From positions 14,198,001 to 14,262,000 of the forward strand of contig OZ059896.1 in assembly GCA_964057225.1 (NCBI GenBank): a DNA stretch of 64,000 nt. Direction: 5' to 3'. Positions 12,353 to 28,077 of this stretch are shown here, in pieces. Under the pieces are notes generated by a model that was not told the origin of the DNA, ran no database searches, and worked only from the letters and a program-made list of their open reading frames with translations. The translations under genes and the position numbers were made by a program. This DNA comes from Auanema rhodensis (Eukaryota; Animalia; Nematoda). Numbering within the stretch: position 1 is the first letter of the stretch; every line of letters begins with the position of its first letter.

Positions 12353-15300
12353 GCGATCCAGCATCTACGATATATGCAGATATCTATCTGAAAACATCAT
12401 TATCATTTGAAGTAGACGACGATGATTCAGATGTTGTACATCTATGTGTTTCAACTTTTTCATTCTTTATATTCAAATCATCTGTATATCTTTGAACATT
12501 CCATTCCATATACTTGTTTTCTTTCTTTCTTTCATTCATTTTCATTCTTTATTTCATTCCCTCATCTATATATTATATATATATATATACATATCTCTGA
12601 TCTTCAAGCTCAAAATACCGCATGCAAATGTTTTAAGCTTCAAAGGTGAAGAAATTGTCATCTTGCAACCTAGCAACTTGAATACCATATAATTCTTCTT
12701 TTATCCAATTTTCTAGTCATCCTTATTGAATAAATCACTTTAAACACTAAATTTAGTTCATTGTTTATTCTTTTCTTCGATTTTCTTTAACGAAAATATG
12801 AGAAAGCGTTCTCTATATGGCTTAATGTTTTCAAAAAAAAAAATTATTTGGATACATTAGCAAGTATTAGAAATATTTTCGAAATCAAAATATTTCTTTT
12901 TATTTTTTTATTTAATCACATAAGATATTTGATCCGTTTTAACATACACATATACATGAATGCATGTATACACTACACAGACATATGCAAATGTAAGAAC
13001 ATGATGCTGATCTTTGTTGCAGACGTTTCATCCCTTTTTCCTGAGCTTTTCTTAAGCATTTAAGAATAAAATATGTGATTGGTTTTTCAAATATATACAT
13101 ATACATACGTCTATTATACAGTAATGTACTATCTATGTATGTAAAGAATACAATAACATATATTTTAAAATAACTTTTTTAGTTTCTTACAAATAGTTAT
13201 GAAGAACTTGTTTTAATTTTAAATTATAAACAAATGATTTTTGTATTTTCAAAACTCATTTATCAAATAATTTTGAATAAAATAATTTTCATCATAATTT
13301 GATAAATCAAAATATACGATATATAATATTATTATTATATATAATACATATATGTATGTATATGAATTGGCTTTATAAATTAAATTATATTATTATATTA
13401 TATATATTTTATATTTTATATAATAAATATAAACTTTTTATTTTAATAAAAAGATAAACATATATACTATATGTATATACAACCGTTATGTTTCAAAAAT
13501 TATTAAAAATGAGTAAATTTTACGTGTTTTTCACGTAAAAAAATGAAATTTGAAAAATACACCGACAGACATCAATGAATAAGATCATTGTTTTTCAATT
13601 GTTTTTTGAAATTATAAAAAAAGGATAAAGTTCATTTGAAGTATAAGGGAAGAAAGGTTAAACATAAGTAAACTTTACATAGAATATAGTATAGTATAGT
13701 AAAAAGTTGTTATAATTATCATAAATACTAATAAATATAATTTATAATTAAATACAAATACAACTAATAATATAATAATGATCATATCATATTAATTGTA
13801 ATCATCAACAATATATATAATTTTTTGAATACTCTGAACATTATTTAAGTTTGTTCCCTTGTGTCTGGAAGCATATTTAGAGAAGTATGTTTGTTTAAGC
13901 TTCCACGTTCATATAGTACGTCATCATCATCTCAATTAGCATATTTGAAATAAAGTACGATTACGTCACGTGTGTTCATTACTACTACTTTGAACAATTA
14001 ACATATTAACTAAAAATAATATTTAAAAATATTTTTTATAGTTAAATAATAATTATAATAATAAAAAAATATATTTATGAATGTATTTATTTTAAAATGA
14101 ATAATATATACATATAGTATATAGATAGATATACATATGTATTTGTATGTACATGTTGAAATGTTTATTAATTATTCAAAACATAATAGAAAAGTTTAAT
14201 GTTTTCAACCATTATATCATCCCATTAATGTTAAAATACGAAAATTTCTAAAAGTAAAAGAAGATGAAGAATAAGAATAAGATGATGATTAAAGAATGTT
14301 TAAAATAAGAAAGAGCATTGATCGTTATCTTCTTCTTTTACTTTTCAAAAGCTTGTAACTTCACTTTCATCCTTTATATTATTCTATTCTATATATACTT
14401 TTCATTCATTTAGTCATTTTCTTCCTTTTTTTTCCTTAAAAAAACTTCCGGTTTTTATTCTTTTTTTTTGTTTAAAAAAAAGGAAATAAAGTCAAAGCAA
14501 TGAACTTTCAATTTATTTTTTCGTTTCTCAAACTCTTTTCAATTATCTTTGCATTTTCTTTATAAATTTTTTTAAATTAAAATAATATTTTTAAAATTAA
14601 ATTAAAAGTTTAAGTTTAGAGCATATACTTACTTACATATACATATATTTATATTCAATTAGTTTTTTTAAAATATAATCTAAGCTTGAATGTTCTGTTG
14701 AAGTTGAAAACAAAGTTTTTTTTATGTTTTAAGCATATCTTCTTTATTTTCAAGAAATTGTTGAACTATGTGTATGTTAATTAAATAAATTCTGTTTAGT
14801 TTCAAGCAATTAAATTATTTTGTAATGCGACAAACATTTATGAAATGTTTTATAATTTTTCTATTGCTTATATAATAATTTTTTATTTTAATTTATTAAT
14901 TATAGTTTTGATTTACTTTTAATCTTATTTTTTTTATTTTTATATATCTAATACTATTTCTTTAATTAAAAATAGTTTAAAAATCATAACTATATGACAA
15001 CACTAACTATAATATTTACATGTCTTTTTTATATTATATCTATATAAATTAGTTATAAATCCTTATTTGATTGAATTATTCTACCATTTTTCTCATTTCA
15101 TTCATTCATTCTTCTCTTCTTTTTGTGGTCTTCATCACTAGTTTTCTGACTTGTAAAAGAAGATCAGTTTTATAATAACTATATGCATATCTAACTACTT
15201 TCTATCGGTTTTCCCTCCTGCACCACGATTTCTACTGTGTGATGTGTATATTCAGTATACCCATTAGAGTAGTCATCTAATCATAGTCTGTCTTCAAAGA

Positions 15301-15389
15301 AAAAAACACATCTGTATTGAATAGTCTGAATATAAAAAGAATATTATAACTAAAGAAAGAATGAAAGAGGGACACAGAAAGATAAAGAA

Positions 15390-15447
<58 letters not shown>

Positions 15448-15460
15448 GAAGAGATAGAGA
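15390..15460 (+). repeat. (GAGATAGAGA)n compound microsatellite
   Basis: A 10-nt unit repeated about 6 times. Confidence 0.85.
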
Positions 15461-18400
15461 GATAAATAAGCTAAAAACTTTTGAAGTAAAAGCGAGAGAT
15501 TTAGAGAAAATGAATTAGAACTGAAGTTAGATGGCACACAGACAAATACAGATGTTTTAAATATATTATACATATATGTATATATGATATAGTGTAGCTG
15601 ATTTCTTGAACATTTAACAATTTTTTTTACATCTGATTATCTGGTACATTACCTCTCTCTCTCTTTCTTTCTCAATCTCTCGAACTTGATTCTTATTTTT
15701 CATTTAAATTAAGTTTAGATGTACATATCGTCAAAACAGAATTCTCCATAGAATTTTTCTAAGCCTAAGCACATCTAAGCACATGACTAAAAATTGTAAT
15801 TTATCTTTTTCAGATAACATTTTCTATCTTGTAAATTGATCGTCTATCCTGTTTTTTTAAAATCAAGATTTTCCTTCATTTTTTAGAATTTTAACGCTAA
15901 ATAATGAAATCCTGAAACAGAATTTCTTTTTCTTTTTCACAAAATTGTCATTGAAAATTTGTGGAAAAATCAAAAAAAGCGGTGAACAAAGGGCATTTCC
16001 CTTTTACGTACTGTTCTGCTCATTCAGCCAGGCGGAAGATGTTGCCGCCTGATCTCAGTGATTATGTAAGTTTACACTTTGATCCGGAAACGAATTAATT
16101 TATTTTTCAATTTAATATTCTTCTATAACCTTTGTTCTCAAATATTATATATATAATATATATATAGTTGAATTTATTTATATTTTTAATACATTCCTTT
16201 ACATATGTTAATTTATAATATTTTAATTAATCTATAATAATAATTATTATTATGTTTTTTTTTTCTTTTTATAATTTATATTTTATATATATTTATGCTC
16301 TACGTATTTAAAGTTCAAAAATCTATTTGTGAAAGTGTTAGAACTACATCTATTTCAAAGTAAACATCAGATTTACTATAAACTTGAATGCTTGAAACTT
16401 TTTTTTTCGTTCCCATCGTTGGCAGATATGATATAGATCCATCTTCTAATCCTTTTTAAAATTATTTTTTGTGAGGAATTGAATTGTTTTCAAATGAAAT
16501 ATGGAAGTTCGAAGAAATAAGGAAGCATTTTCTGGAATCTCCTACCTTTTGACCTTTCCACTAGAAATTCTTCCTCTTTTTCAATTTCTCAATTTATATA
16601 TTTTTCTTTCCTTTTTCTCTTTCTCTCTTTCATTATAGAGCTCTCTAACTCTGTTTCTGTTTCGGTATCCTTTCGTTACTATTTTCCTTATTCACAACTC
16701 AAACTAATAAAGCCTTTCAAGCGTATTGAAATAAGTTGACACGGAGACTTGCATCCACCAACAATTTTCCCTTATTTTCTTGATGGAAAATTAAGAAAAT
16801 ATGTGCGAGGTCAAAAATCTTTGAAGTAACATCGTATGATCATGCATGCAGTCCATGGCTACTCCAAAGCTATGCTCATCAACATAAGCGTTTGAATGAA
16901 AGAAAGCTATTCCCTCCATCACTTAAGCAAGTAGATATATTCGTTTCTTTGGTTCAACCAGCTTTAGTTACAATCACTCTCACACACATACATACAGAAA
17001 GAAACAGAACGAGAAAGAGGGAATGAAATATATTTACAGAGAGAGAGAAAGAGAGAGAGAAAGAGATAGACACTTCAACTATTAAACTACCCCTTTTTAT
17101 TCAAGAAAATAATTCTAAAATCCAATAAATATATTAGATACATCATGCAATATACGTATTTTCTTTTATTTATTTCAAATTTTAAAAATAAAAAAAAATG
17201 TCTATAAGCACATTTAAACTTCTTTTCTTATATTTAATATTATTATTATTATTATTTTGTTTAATTAGGAATATTTATAATTATAAATATATTACGTTAT
17301 TAAACACTTCTATTGTTATTTTCAATTCCATTCAAGTTCAATAGACACAGCTTGCATTTTCTTTTTTCGTTTTTATGTTCATCTATCTTGAGACTTTTAT
17401 ACAAAGTACTTCCTTTCTTTTTATAAAATATTCTTTTGCAACTTTTCATTTTATTCTTATAAACGACTAAGAACAACTCAAATAAAAAAATTAATAGAAG
17501 CTTAAGCCTAAACATGAATGAATAAATTTTGTTTTTAAATTTACTTTAGAAGATATATTTTCCATCTTTCAGCACTTATTTGTATAATTTAACTCAAGTA
17601 GAGAGTAGAGACTTCCTGATCTCGTCAACTTCTAACTGTCCTTCAATTCTGATATCCTTGATTTAACGAATTATAGCTTAACATTTATAATTCAAATATC
17701 ATACTATAAACAAATCAAATTTTTAAATTGTTTTCTTTCAAAATATCAATTTTTTTGTTTTCCAGGTGATGAATACTAAATAGAAAATGGCTAGTTACAA
17801 GAGTCTATATCATGCATTTCAATCAGACATAACATTTCTAACTAACTTCTTGTTTATTATTTTTAAAAAAATAAAACAACAACCAAAACAACATAATAAT
17901 TAAGAAAATTTCAAGCAAATGTATTTAGAAAAAAAAAAAATAAATTAATTTGTATTCATTTTATATAAATATATATACTATATATTTATAAGAATTCATC
18001 AACTACAAAATTGAAAGATGAAAATTATCTTTTCAAAACCAAAAAAAAGAAACGAAACGAAATAGAAAATAAATATTCATTTTCTTTTATATTTTTCTAT
18101 AATTCGTTTTCTCTTATATCCTTTTTAAGGTTATTTTCATGCAATTTGATTTGAACTAAAGTTTTTAGAACAGCATAACCTTTTCCCGGTATCATTAATA
18201 ACCTTAAAAAGAAAAACGAAGTAAACATACCTATAACTTTTCTTAGAATTTAAAGATTATAAATATATTTATCAAATATCTTAACTATATATTATATAAT
18301 TTATATATTTTTTAAGAAACTACTCTATTTCTTCTTCTTTTTTTACAACCAAAAATTCTTGAATGTGCTTGATAGTTGAGAATATACTTATCTTTCTCTC

Positions 18401-21400
18401 TATATTTTTATTTTAGATATTCCTATGAGAATAAGTATCAATATCATTAACAAATAAATCAAATTATTTTATCTGATAATTTATCTAATATTTCTTATAA
18501 TATTTACATATTTCTTTCTTTTTTTCTTTCTTCTTCTTCTAATCACAAGTTCTTTGATGTATTTTTCAAAAGATACATGCAAAATACAATAAATACGTGA
18601 AATATATAGTATATATAGTATATATATATATAGTTTTTTTATAATTAAGTTGCACTACTATACATATATATATTTTTTTTTTAAATATTCAAATAATTCT
18701 CAATGACTATTATGACTATACAATTAAATTCATTTTTCCTGAAACAATATCAATTATAATTATATAATTTTTATTTTTTATTATTTAATTCTTCAACATC
18801 TATAATCTTATTATTATTTTTTATTTTATTTTTATGTTATTATTTACATCTTCATCTTTAATATCATTTGCATCAACAGCTTTCACTCAAGTTCAGCTTC
18901 TGTTTAGGTTGTTGTATCAAGTTTTTTATTATCTGATCCGTCTATTCTATATGATTATATTTAACAAATTCCCAGATTTGCAAATATTTTTCTCATAAAA
19001 ATAGAAATTTAATAATATATACATACATATGTATGTATGTATAAGATCTCTACTAAACTTTAAAAATCATTTATATTCAAGTATATTATACAATATATAC
19101 TATACATGTATAGTTATGTTAACTTTTATTTTAAATATAAACGGTTTATAAATGTACATACTTGATGTAAGAACTTTATTTCAATCTTATACTTACTACT
19201 CATATTGGTTATTTTATTGTATTTCTTATATTGAATTTAAAAAAGATTTTGAACCTTTTTTCATTATATAAATTAACTTTTAGTGTAAATTAATTAAATA
19301 AGATATTAACTATACTAATATATTATATTGTTTAATTATAATTTTTGTAAGAAAACAAGAATTATTTGCAAATTTGGTGTTATACTATATGTTGATATAT
19401 AGTATATAGTTAATATCATTAATAATAATAATAATAATATATTTATAATACTTATTATTTATAATAAATTGATAAATAAATTATCTTTTAGTCTGATTTG
19501 CATCTAAATGTCATTTGAACTTCTTCCGCTTTTTTTGCAAATGTTTCATACGAATTATTTCAAACTTTTCCAGTTGTTTATTGTCTTTTATAGAAAAAAA
19601 ATATTTTTTTTTCCAAAGAATAATCTTAATACCCTTGGTCTAGTGCAAGAAGATGGATAGCTTTTTTCCGATTAATGCACACATACATGTATACTCATAT
19701 ACAATCTCTCATACTCCATTTCATCTCAACCACTCTATCTCACTTGATTTTCGGTTGATTTTCAAAGAAAGACGAGAAAATCAGAGATTTTGTTGAAATA
19801 CTGTCGTTCCAGAGATTATATTAAGTCAAGAATATGGTTGATAACATAGAATAGTTAGTGATGAAAGATCTTTGAATACTATCATAAAAAGCTAATGAAT
19901 TGAAGGACCAGTGTATAATTGCTTTTCTAATTCTTATAATTAGAAATATAAAGAAATACGAATTATGTTTAAATTGATGTATGATGATAGTATTCATTAA
20001 ATAAATTATTTAATTGAAAGAAATTATTAATTTAATAAAGGTAAGAATAAGAATTGAGAAGAGGAGAAGGAAGGAGAGAAAGAGAGAGAGGGGAGGGAGA
20101 GAGAGGGGGAGGGAGAGAGAGGGGGAGGAAGAGAAAAAATGAATGAAAAGCCGTAAAATACCCAAGTCGAACGGTAAATCTTTGATACACACACACACTC
20201 TCTTATATATAAACACACACAGACAATCCCATTAAACTCTTGACTATCCGATAAAAAAAGTTTCATTTCAAATAAGTTGGTCATCCTTTATAGAGTGGAA
20301 AACTTTAATTCATTTTTTTGCAATATCATCTTATTCTATCATCATCTTGTCCACGCTGTCGCCGATGTGACACGTGAAAACTTTTGCTTCGACAGTTCAC
20401 GTAAACAATGCTAATGCCAACGTGAACGAAATGATGACGTCATTTTTTAATTTCTCACAAACTGATGAACGGTTGCGCTTTCAACAATCCTTTTTTCCTT
20501 TCAACCTTTTTCTCATCAAATATCTCTGTATATTTAACAAACTATTATTCCCATTGCCCAACTTGTTATGTTTTCTATTTTTAAATTTTAAATTTATAAA
20601 ATATTTTTATATATTTAAGATTATATTGATATATGTATGTATATAGATATAATGTATTAGGTTGGAAAGAATGTTATTGCGCGTTTCTGTTAAGAATCTG
20701 ATTTTCTTTGAATTATCAAGGTGCTAAATAAAATTTTTTAAGTTTGAAAAGAAAAAAAAATATTATTTTTTATTTGTTCTCAAGAACATTTAATATAATT
20801 CTTATTTTTAACTTTGTAAAGTAAATTATGCAGATAACGCAATTGAGAACACTTTTTCTTTACAAATTTGAGTTAGGACACACAACTTCTGATGAAACTC
20901 AAATTAGATTATGAATGTTCGTCTTACTTATCATATTAACTTGTCTTCTACTGATTTTTAATTGTTTGAGAATCTAACTTACTATATAGAAGGCATGGTC
21001 TTCAAGAGTTTAGAAGAAAGAAAGGGTTTTGTGATTTCATAAGCTCTAGAAACTCTGATTTTTTCAAAACAAAAGTTATCATTCATTGCTTAATGGTTAG
21101 GAACAATTTAATGAAGCTTACGATGCATATTTCTAATTAAATTGTAAATGTTTTTTGAAAAAAAAAATAGTTATGTATATGCGCAAGAACATTCTTTGCA
21201 ACCTAATATGTATACTATATCAGTCACTATTACATTGTACTCATGTTATTCAAAATTTTTAATTTTATCTCTTATAGCTTTTCAGATTTATATACTATAT
21301 ACTATATATATATAGATATATTGAATATAATTTTAAATAAACATTATTAAATGGAAATGGAAATAAATTGCTCTCAAGAGATGAAATATTCTCTATGAAA

Positions 21401-21423
21401 AGTGTACAGTAAGGAAGAAAATG

Positions 21424-21427
<4 letters not shown>

Positions 21428-21499
<72 letters not shown>
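21428..21499 (+). repeat. (GA)n microsatellite
   Basis: About 35 units with one interruption. Confidence 0.95.
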
Positions 21500-21503
<4 letters not shown>

Positions 21504-22014
21504 TACTAATCTTAATAAGACTTCTTTTTCTATTTCGTAGATAGCATGAACAATTCAAAAAGCTAAGTTTTCTCTTTCTGCAACAAGCCTCCCCCTCTTG
21601 TCCCCACCCGCTTACCTCTATTCTCTTGGTTCACTCTTGTCTTCATAAAAATATTTCTAAAACTATATTTTTATTTTCTTTATAATTATCGATGAAGTAT
21701 ACATAGATATATTCAAAAATCTTTTTTTTGGGATTATATTTCAATCTTTCTAGTATTACATATCATAGAACTTTGAAATTATATGATGTATGTATAGAAA
21801 TGAATATATACATATAGTATAATCTAATATTAATTATTTAATATAATTTTTAAAAAAATTTTGTTTTAATGATTTAATAACAAATATTTTAAGATTCTTA
21901 CATCATTCTTTAAAACATTTCATTTTTATTCTTTATTTTGTTATTTTATATTAACATAATACATATATAGTACTTAGTGCAATACAAGTATTAGGAATGA
22001 AAGTAACAAGAAGA

Positions 22015-22017
<3 letters not shown>

Positions 22018-22064
<47 letters not shown>
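22018..22064 (+). repeat. (CT)n microsatellite
   Basis: A perfect run. Confidence 0.95.
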
Positions 22065-22066
<2 letters not shown>

Positions 22067-22464
22067 TCCCTTCGTTCCCTTTTTGCAAAGAATCAACTTT
22101 TCCAAAAAAATTTTTCACTTTCATAAAACATTATTCACACAAAAAAAAATTAGAAGAAGAATTATATTTATGAGTTTTGATTCAAATCATACTACCTAAT
22201 ATCTTCTCATCAGTGTTTGCAAATGGATTGACAAAACAAGCAGCGTCATCAGTCAGCGTTCTCGTTGCCGTGTTGTTTCGTTTCAGAATCTTTTCGTTAC
22301 ATTTACAGTTCATATTTATTATCATAATAAGCTGTAATCTGGGAAAAAGGAAGCAAATAAAATATAAAACCTAAATATATCTGACAACAATCATAATTAG
22401 ATACAACATTATGATCTTTTATTATTACCAAGAAAATCTTTTGTTACTTTCCAAAGAGTGATAT

Positions 22465-22497
<33 letters not shown>

Positions 22498-23324
22498 TAA
22501 TTTATTTTCTCGGTATGAAACTTTGTTGAAAGCTTGTTGATTGTACATTATGTTGTCGCATACTATTGATGTGACTTCAATGTGCACCTTCTGCTTTATC
22601 TTCGTCATTTAAGCTTTATCTATTGTGTTTATCTGAAATATATAGATGTTGCTGTACTTTCTGATAGTAAAGAGATTTATGCTTTAAAACAAACTTTAAG
22701 TTTATTCTGGACAAAATGTGCCATAAATGAGTTTCGTTGATTGTCCTTGCTGCATAGGCCGCATTTCCTAATCGTCAACGTGGCCTGCTTAAACGCTTCT
22801 TCCACTACACACATCACTAGGAGGTCCTTATGAGCAGTTTTCATCCAAAATTTCCCAGACTGACGATGAATTGATAATCAGCTGTATTCATCTCATGTTC
22901 CTATTGAAGAGAACAAGGTTTACAGCGCAATCGGACAAGCCACTTTGGCTGCTACTTTTCGTACTTCATTGCCCACTTCTGGTCAACTTAAAGTTATTTT
23001 TTTGCAAAAAATCCTTTTATTTCAGCCTGCCAATACAAATCATAAAATTTTCAAATAGCCATATGTTATTTTCTATTTATAGTATATAGTATATCCAAAA
23101 TTATATTTATTAATTGTATTATCTTTTTATGGAAAATTAAATTAATTAATATAGTAATATCACAAATATCACAAATCTCATGTAATCATTATTTTTGAAC
23201 TCAAGCTTACCATTTTGACTCAATTATCTTATTATATATTATTAATTTATAAAAAGTATATTCCTTTTTCTATTCAACTCTACTTTCATTTAATCCTCTC
23301 TTCCTCATTGTTGTATTCTCTTTG

Positions 23325-23355
<31 letters not shown>

Positions 23356-24508
23356 TTCATTTCTCTTTTACCAACGACGATATCTGTTACTGAAATTTGA
23401 TTTAGTATTCAAGTAATATCAAAAGTAAACTGAAATTTCTTTATTGCTTCCATGTTCTTTCATCTTTTAACTTCATTTTCCAATGAGAAGATAAGTTGTT
23501 CAGAACATGATCGTTCAGATGTTAATACATCACATGAAGTACAAACTCATACATCAGCTATTTTCGGTTACTTTCCTTTCACAATAAACCAATTCATTTG
23601 AATCCTCAGGCTCTTTTTTGACTTTTCTAAGATTAAATTGAAAAATGAGAACAACAACGATGAATTACAAGTTCACCAGAACAAAACATTGTTCTTCACC
23701 TCTTTTTTTCTTTTTTTTTAAATAAAAATCTATTTTATAATTCTTAAAAATATTGTTATAGATAAATCAATACCAATATAACTATTTTTTCATTAAAAAG
23801 TACATTTTTTCAGCTTTTTTATGACAATTTGTATCATTTTTCTGAGATGAAGTTGTTACTAAAATCAAAATACCGTGAAAATTTTTAATGAGAAATATAG
23901 ACAGAAGCTTGTTAATTTGATAAGAATAGCCACATAGTTTTTTTTTTTCTGATTCAATTCAATAACAGGCGGGTATTGAATTCTCAAAACTACTTTTGAT
24001 TTCCAAACTTTGCAATTGACTTAGTCCTCAGAGAGAAAGTTTTGCTTGTATTTCTATTTGAAGTACATCAACAAGAGCTTGATAGACAGATCAGAAATGA
24101 GAAACAACTAGATTATGAGAAGAAAAAGAACAAAAATGTAAAATTTTGTTTGAAAAAGCACAACATGAGACAAGATCAAAGAAAAATTTTTTTTTGTCAA
24201 ATCTTATTGTTGAAATATCTTTTACTTTTATTCTTTTTTTTTATATATAAATATACAGATACATATATTTTTTTCTTTTAGATATTTGTGGGTGGTTGAA
24301 GCTTTTAAGTGTATGCTACCATGAACATATTCTCTCTCTCTCTCTCTTTATCTTTCTTTGAAAATCTGAACATAGAAGGTTCACGTTTACATCTATCTAC
24401 CTCGACTACTTTTTTTTACTTCATCTTCATTTGAAACAAAATAATATTTTTATATTCTGAATATCTTAAAACTTTTTTCTTTCCTGTATTACATACAGAT
24501 TTCACACA

Positions 24509-24555
<47 letters not shown>

Positions 24556-25419
24556 TCACTCTCTATTTCTCAGTTTCAACCTCTGCCCCTGTTTCTCTTT
24601 GTTTCCTCTTTCTCTTTCAAGTGTCTCTCTTTTTATCTCTCATTCTTTCTATTTCAATTCAAATTTTAATGAATTTTTTCTGACGTTGTATCTTCCAAAT
24701 AAGTTTCTAACTATTTTCTTTTAAAAAAATTATATTTTTATGATTTTTTTCATCATCTAGTGATTTAAGTAATAATATCAATATCTTTAAATTCTTTTGA
24801 ATTCTCAAAATCTTTCATTCTTACCTAATAAACTATTCATTTTTAAATTTTTTTCTTTCTTTCTTCATTTCCCAAATTGAATTTGATAGTAAACTTCAAC
24901 AACGTGTTCATTCACCAAAGATTTTGCTTATATTTGTATATTTTTCTTTCTTAAATATAGTAAAATATATAATTATCAAAAACTATATGATATGATATTA
25001 TGACTAGATGTTACAACATTTACAAATATTCTTCAAATGTTCATATATCTATGTTTCTATAAAGATTTTGGATTTTTGAATCTTTTATTGAAACATCTCG
25101 TGTACTCCTTCATCTCTGTACTTATATTCCATCATTTTCTTTAATATATTCACATACAAAATGATCAATTAAGTTTATATTTTTAAGTTTTATTCTACCT
25201 GCTGTTCTCATGTGTATCATATCTAGAAGATATACTATCTCTCTCTCTCCCCCAGCTCTCTCCCTCTCTTTCTCTCTTATTCGTACTTTCTTTCTTAATT
25301 TCTCTTTAGCATCATCATGTCCTTTTGCTAAGATTTTCTCTAAAATTGTTGTCTTTTTCGTTGAAATCTGTGTTACTTCTAATATAATTTTTAATTTTAA
25401 GATAGAAGTGAAATTTGCA

Positions 25420-28077
25420 ATGGAATCAACTGATTTTCAAGATCAAGATCAAGATCAAGAGAGTTATAACTCAACTCACGATATGCAAACAGCTAAAGGC
25501 ATTATGGTTGTAGTCTATTGTGTAGTTTTCTTTGTTGGAACACCAGGAAATTTGTGGATAATTTATAAATTATTAAGAGCCAGGTTAGTTAACTATATAC
25601 ATATAGTATATATATATATATAATATATAATATATATATAAAATATAAGATATTTGAAAGATAAATGAATAATCAGTTGTATTGTTGTTGTTTATAGGAA
25701 ACAAAGATCAAAAACTTTAATGTTTCAACAATCTCATATATACCAATTTCATAGTTTTGCTTTCTCTTTTCTCTCTTATTTTTTCTAGTCAAAAATAAAA
25801 TTATTCCCCCCCCCCCCAGAATATGTCGCCGGAAAAAAAAGTTGCCATGTAAGCGCACTCGTTGCTACATTTTTGAAGATGGCAGACACCAGAACAAAAA
25901 TTATTTTCAAGGCTTTGAAACATCTGAAAAAGCATATTATCTCATCATAAATCAATATATTATCCATATAATACGTTTTTGAATATTTATTTTTAGATTA
26001 TGGAACTCATCAGCAGCTCATCTAACTGTTTCACAACGATCTCGATTATATATTTGTGCTTTAGCATGTTCAGATCTATTGTTACTTCTAACATTACCAT
26101 TCACAGCTAGTTATAACTATTATGGAACATGGATATTTGGTGAAGGGGTTTGTTCATTTTGTTCATTTTGTGGCTTTCTCAACATTTCCTTTTGCACTGT
26201 TGCAGATTATGAAAATGATTTCTCAAAGTTTTTAGTATTCAACAATTTTCAAAATATTATTTTACAAAAATAAAAATGCAAAGATACAAGAAAAATCTAT
26301 AGTACAAACAAGAAACATATAATATTATTCTTTATTTTTCTTTTTTTTTATATTTTATATACTATTTTCCAGCTTTGTTATGCAGCACTTACAATTGAAA
26401 TTGTTACAAAAATATTTTCTGTAGTTCTACTGACAGTAATGAGCTTGGAACGATATTTTATTGTTTGTACAAGGTGATAATATATTCTAAATTAATTATT
26501 ATAATATTGTATAATATATAATATAAAAAAAATTATATTTGATATCTTAATTTATATTTTTAGATTACGTAATTCATTTCAATCATGGATGTCTATTATA
26601 CCTTTAGCAACTGGAACATTTTTTAGTGTTGTTGTACCATCTGTCTTTCATTTTATTCATATCGAACATTACAGCTTTGATATTGAAGATGAGGTTTGTA
26701 TATTTTATTAAAACATTAGTTGCGAAAATACTTGAAAGTTCATTATACTTCTATCACCTTTTTAGACTTTTATACCATTATTTCTTCCCCTCTCTCTCTC
26801 TCTCTCTCTCTCTCTTTGGTTTTACTTCCCTTTTTAGCTCTTCAACATTTTCTTGTGTTCAACAATGTTTCAATATTTCTTCTCATTTACTAATCAAAGT
26901 ATCACTGAAAATACTTCAAATATGTTCAAAACTTTATACATTTTTTTGCAAAAAAAATGAAAAATTAACATACACGTGGAAATGACGTGAACATTCATGT
27001 GAACTAATCATTTGAAATAATTAGCAAATGTTGAATGGTTGACTAAATCATTTTTATTTTTGAATTTTCATAATATTACATATATTTTGATATTTTTATA
27101 TTATTTTTTTCAAATTTTAGATTCTTGTAACAATATGTATACCAAATATGGATGAAGATGTTTTTGAGTATTATGCCCAATATACTTTTATTACTGGATT
27201 TGTTATACCATTTATAATTATGGGAGCTTGTTATATTCAACTTGTACGTCATGTGAAACAGAAATTTCGAAATCGCAAAGGCCACTTGCGTAAGTAATAC
27301 TTAATTATAAAAATTAATTTCTTAGAAATATCAGCTAGGAATAATTTATAAATTTAATTTAGCATATTAACTAAAGATTATATATTTATAGTTACTGTAT
27401 CAGCTCAGAAAAAGCTACGAGAACCACGTTATCTAACGGAAATGCGAAAATCCATTTGGAGAATTGCCGTCTTTCACTTCATTTGTTGGGCGCCGTTCTG
27501 GTCATTTACCATATCACCTCATGTTGCACCAGGATTAGCATCTAATGAGCATTCGAAATGGTATAAATTCAATATATAACTGAATGATTGAGAATATAAT
27601 TTTATTTTTTCATTAATAGTTACTTAATTTCAAATATAAAAAATCTTATTTTTTCAGGCTTGTATATGGAAGATTATTTGCTAATAGTTTACCTTATATC
27701 AATGCTGCAGGTTAGTATAATATATTTTTTTTTTATAAGAAAAACAAATTTTAATGAAAAGAGAATCTTCTGTAATAAAAAAAAATAAAATTTACATAAT
27801 TGGCAAATTGTAATATTTATATTATTTTGTCATAAATATTAAAATTTAAAATAATTTTATCTGTTAATAACATCTATTTATTTATTCTTATTCACGTGTT
27901 ATTCATGTGATATATCATAAATCTTATAATTTTTAAAATAATTAATTTTTTTTTAATTTTATAGGAAATTGGGTATTATATGCTGTACTTAATTCTGATG
28001 TTCGTAAACATATATATCATCAACCAAGGAAAAATACCTTTACATGTGGATTTAAAACATTATCAGCAGTATTATAA
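25420..28077 (+). CDS. Class A (rhodopsin-like) neuropeptide-type GPCR, 8 exons; tentatively npr-27-like from recalled synteny
   Basis: TM1 VGTPGNLWII, TM2 LACSDLLLLLTLPF, ECL1 GTWIFGEGLC, TM3 MSLERY, TM5 GFVIPFIIMGACY, TM6 FICWAPFW, TM7 YINAAGNWVLY. Stop TAA 28075-28077. All introns are GT-AG and in phase. Confidence 0.92.
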
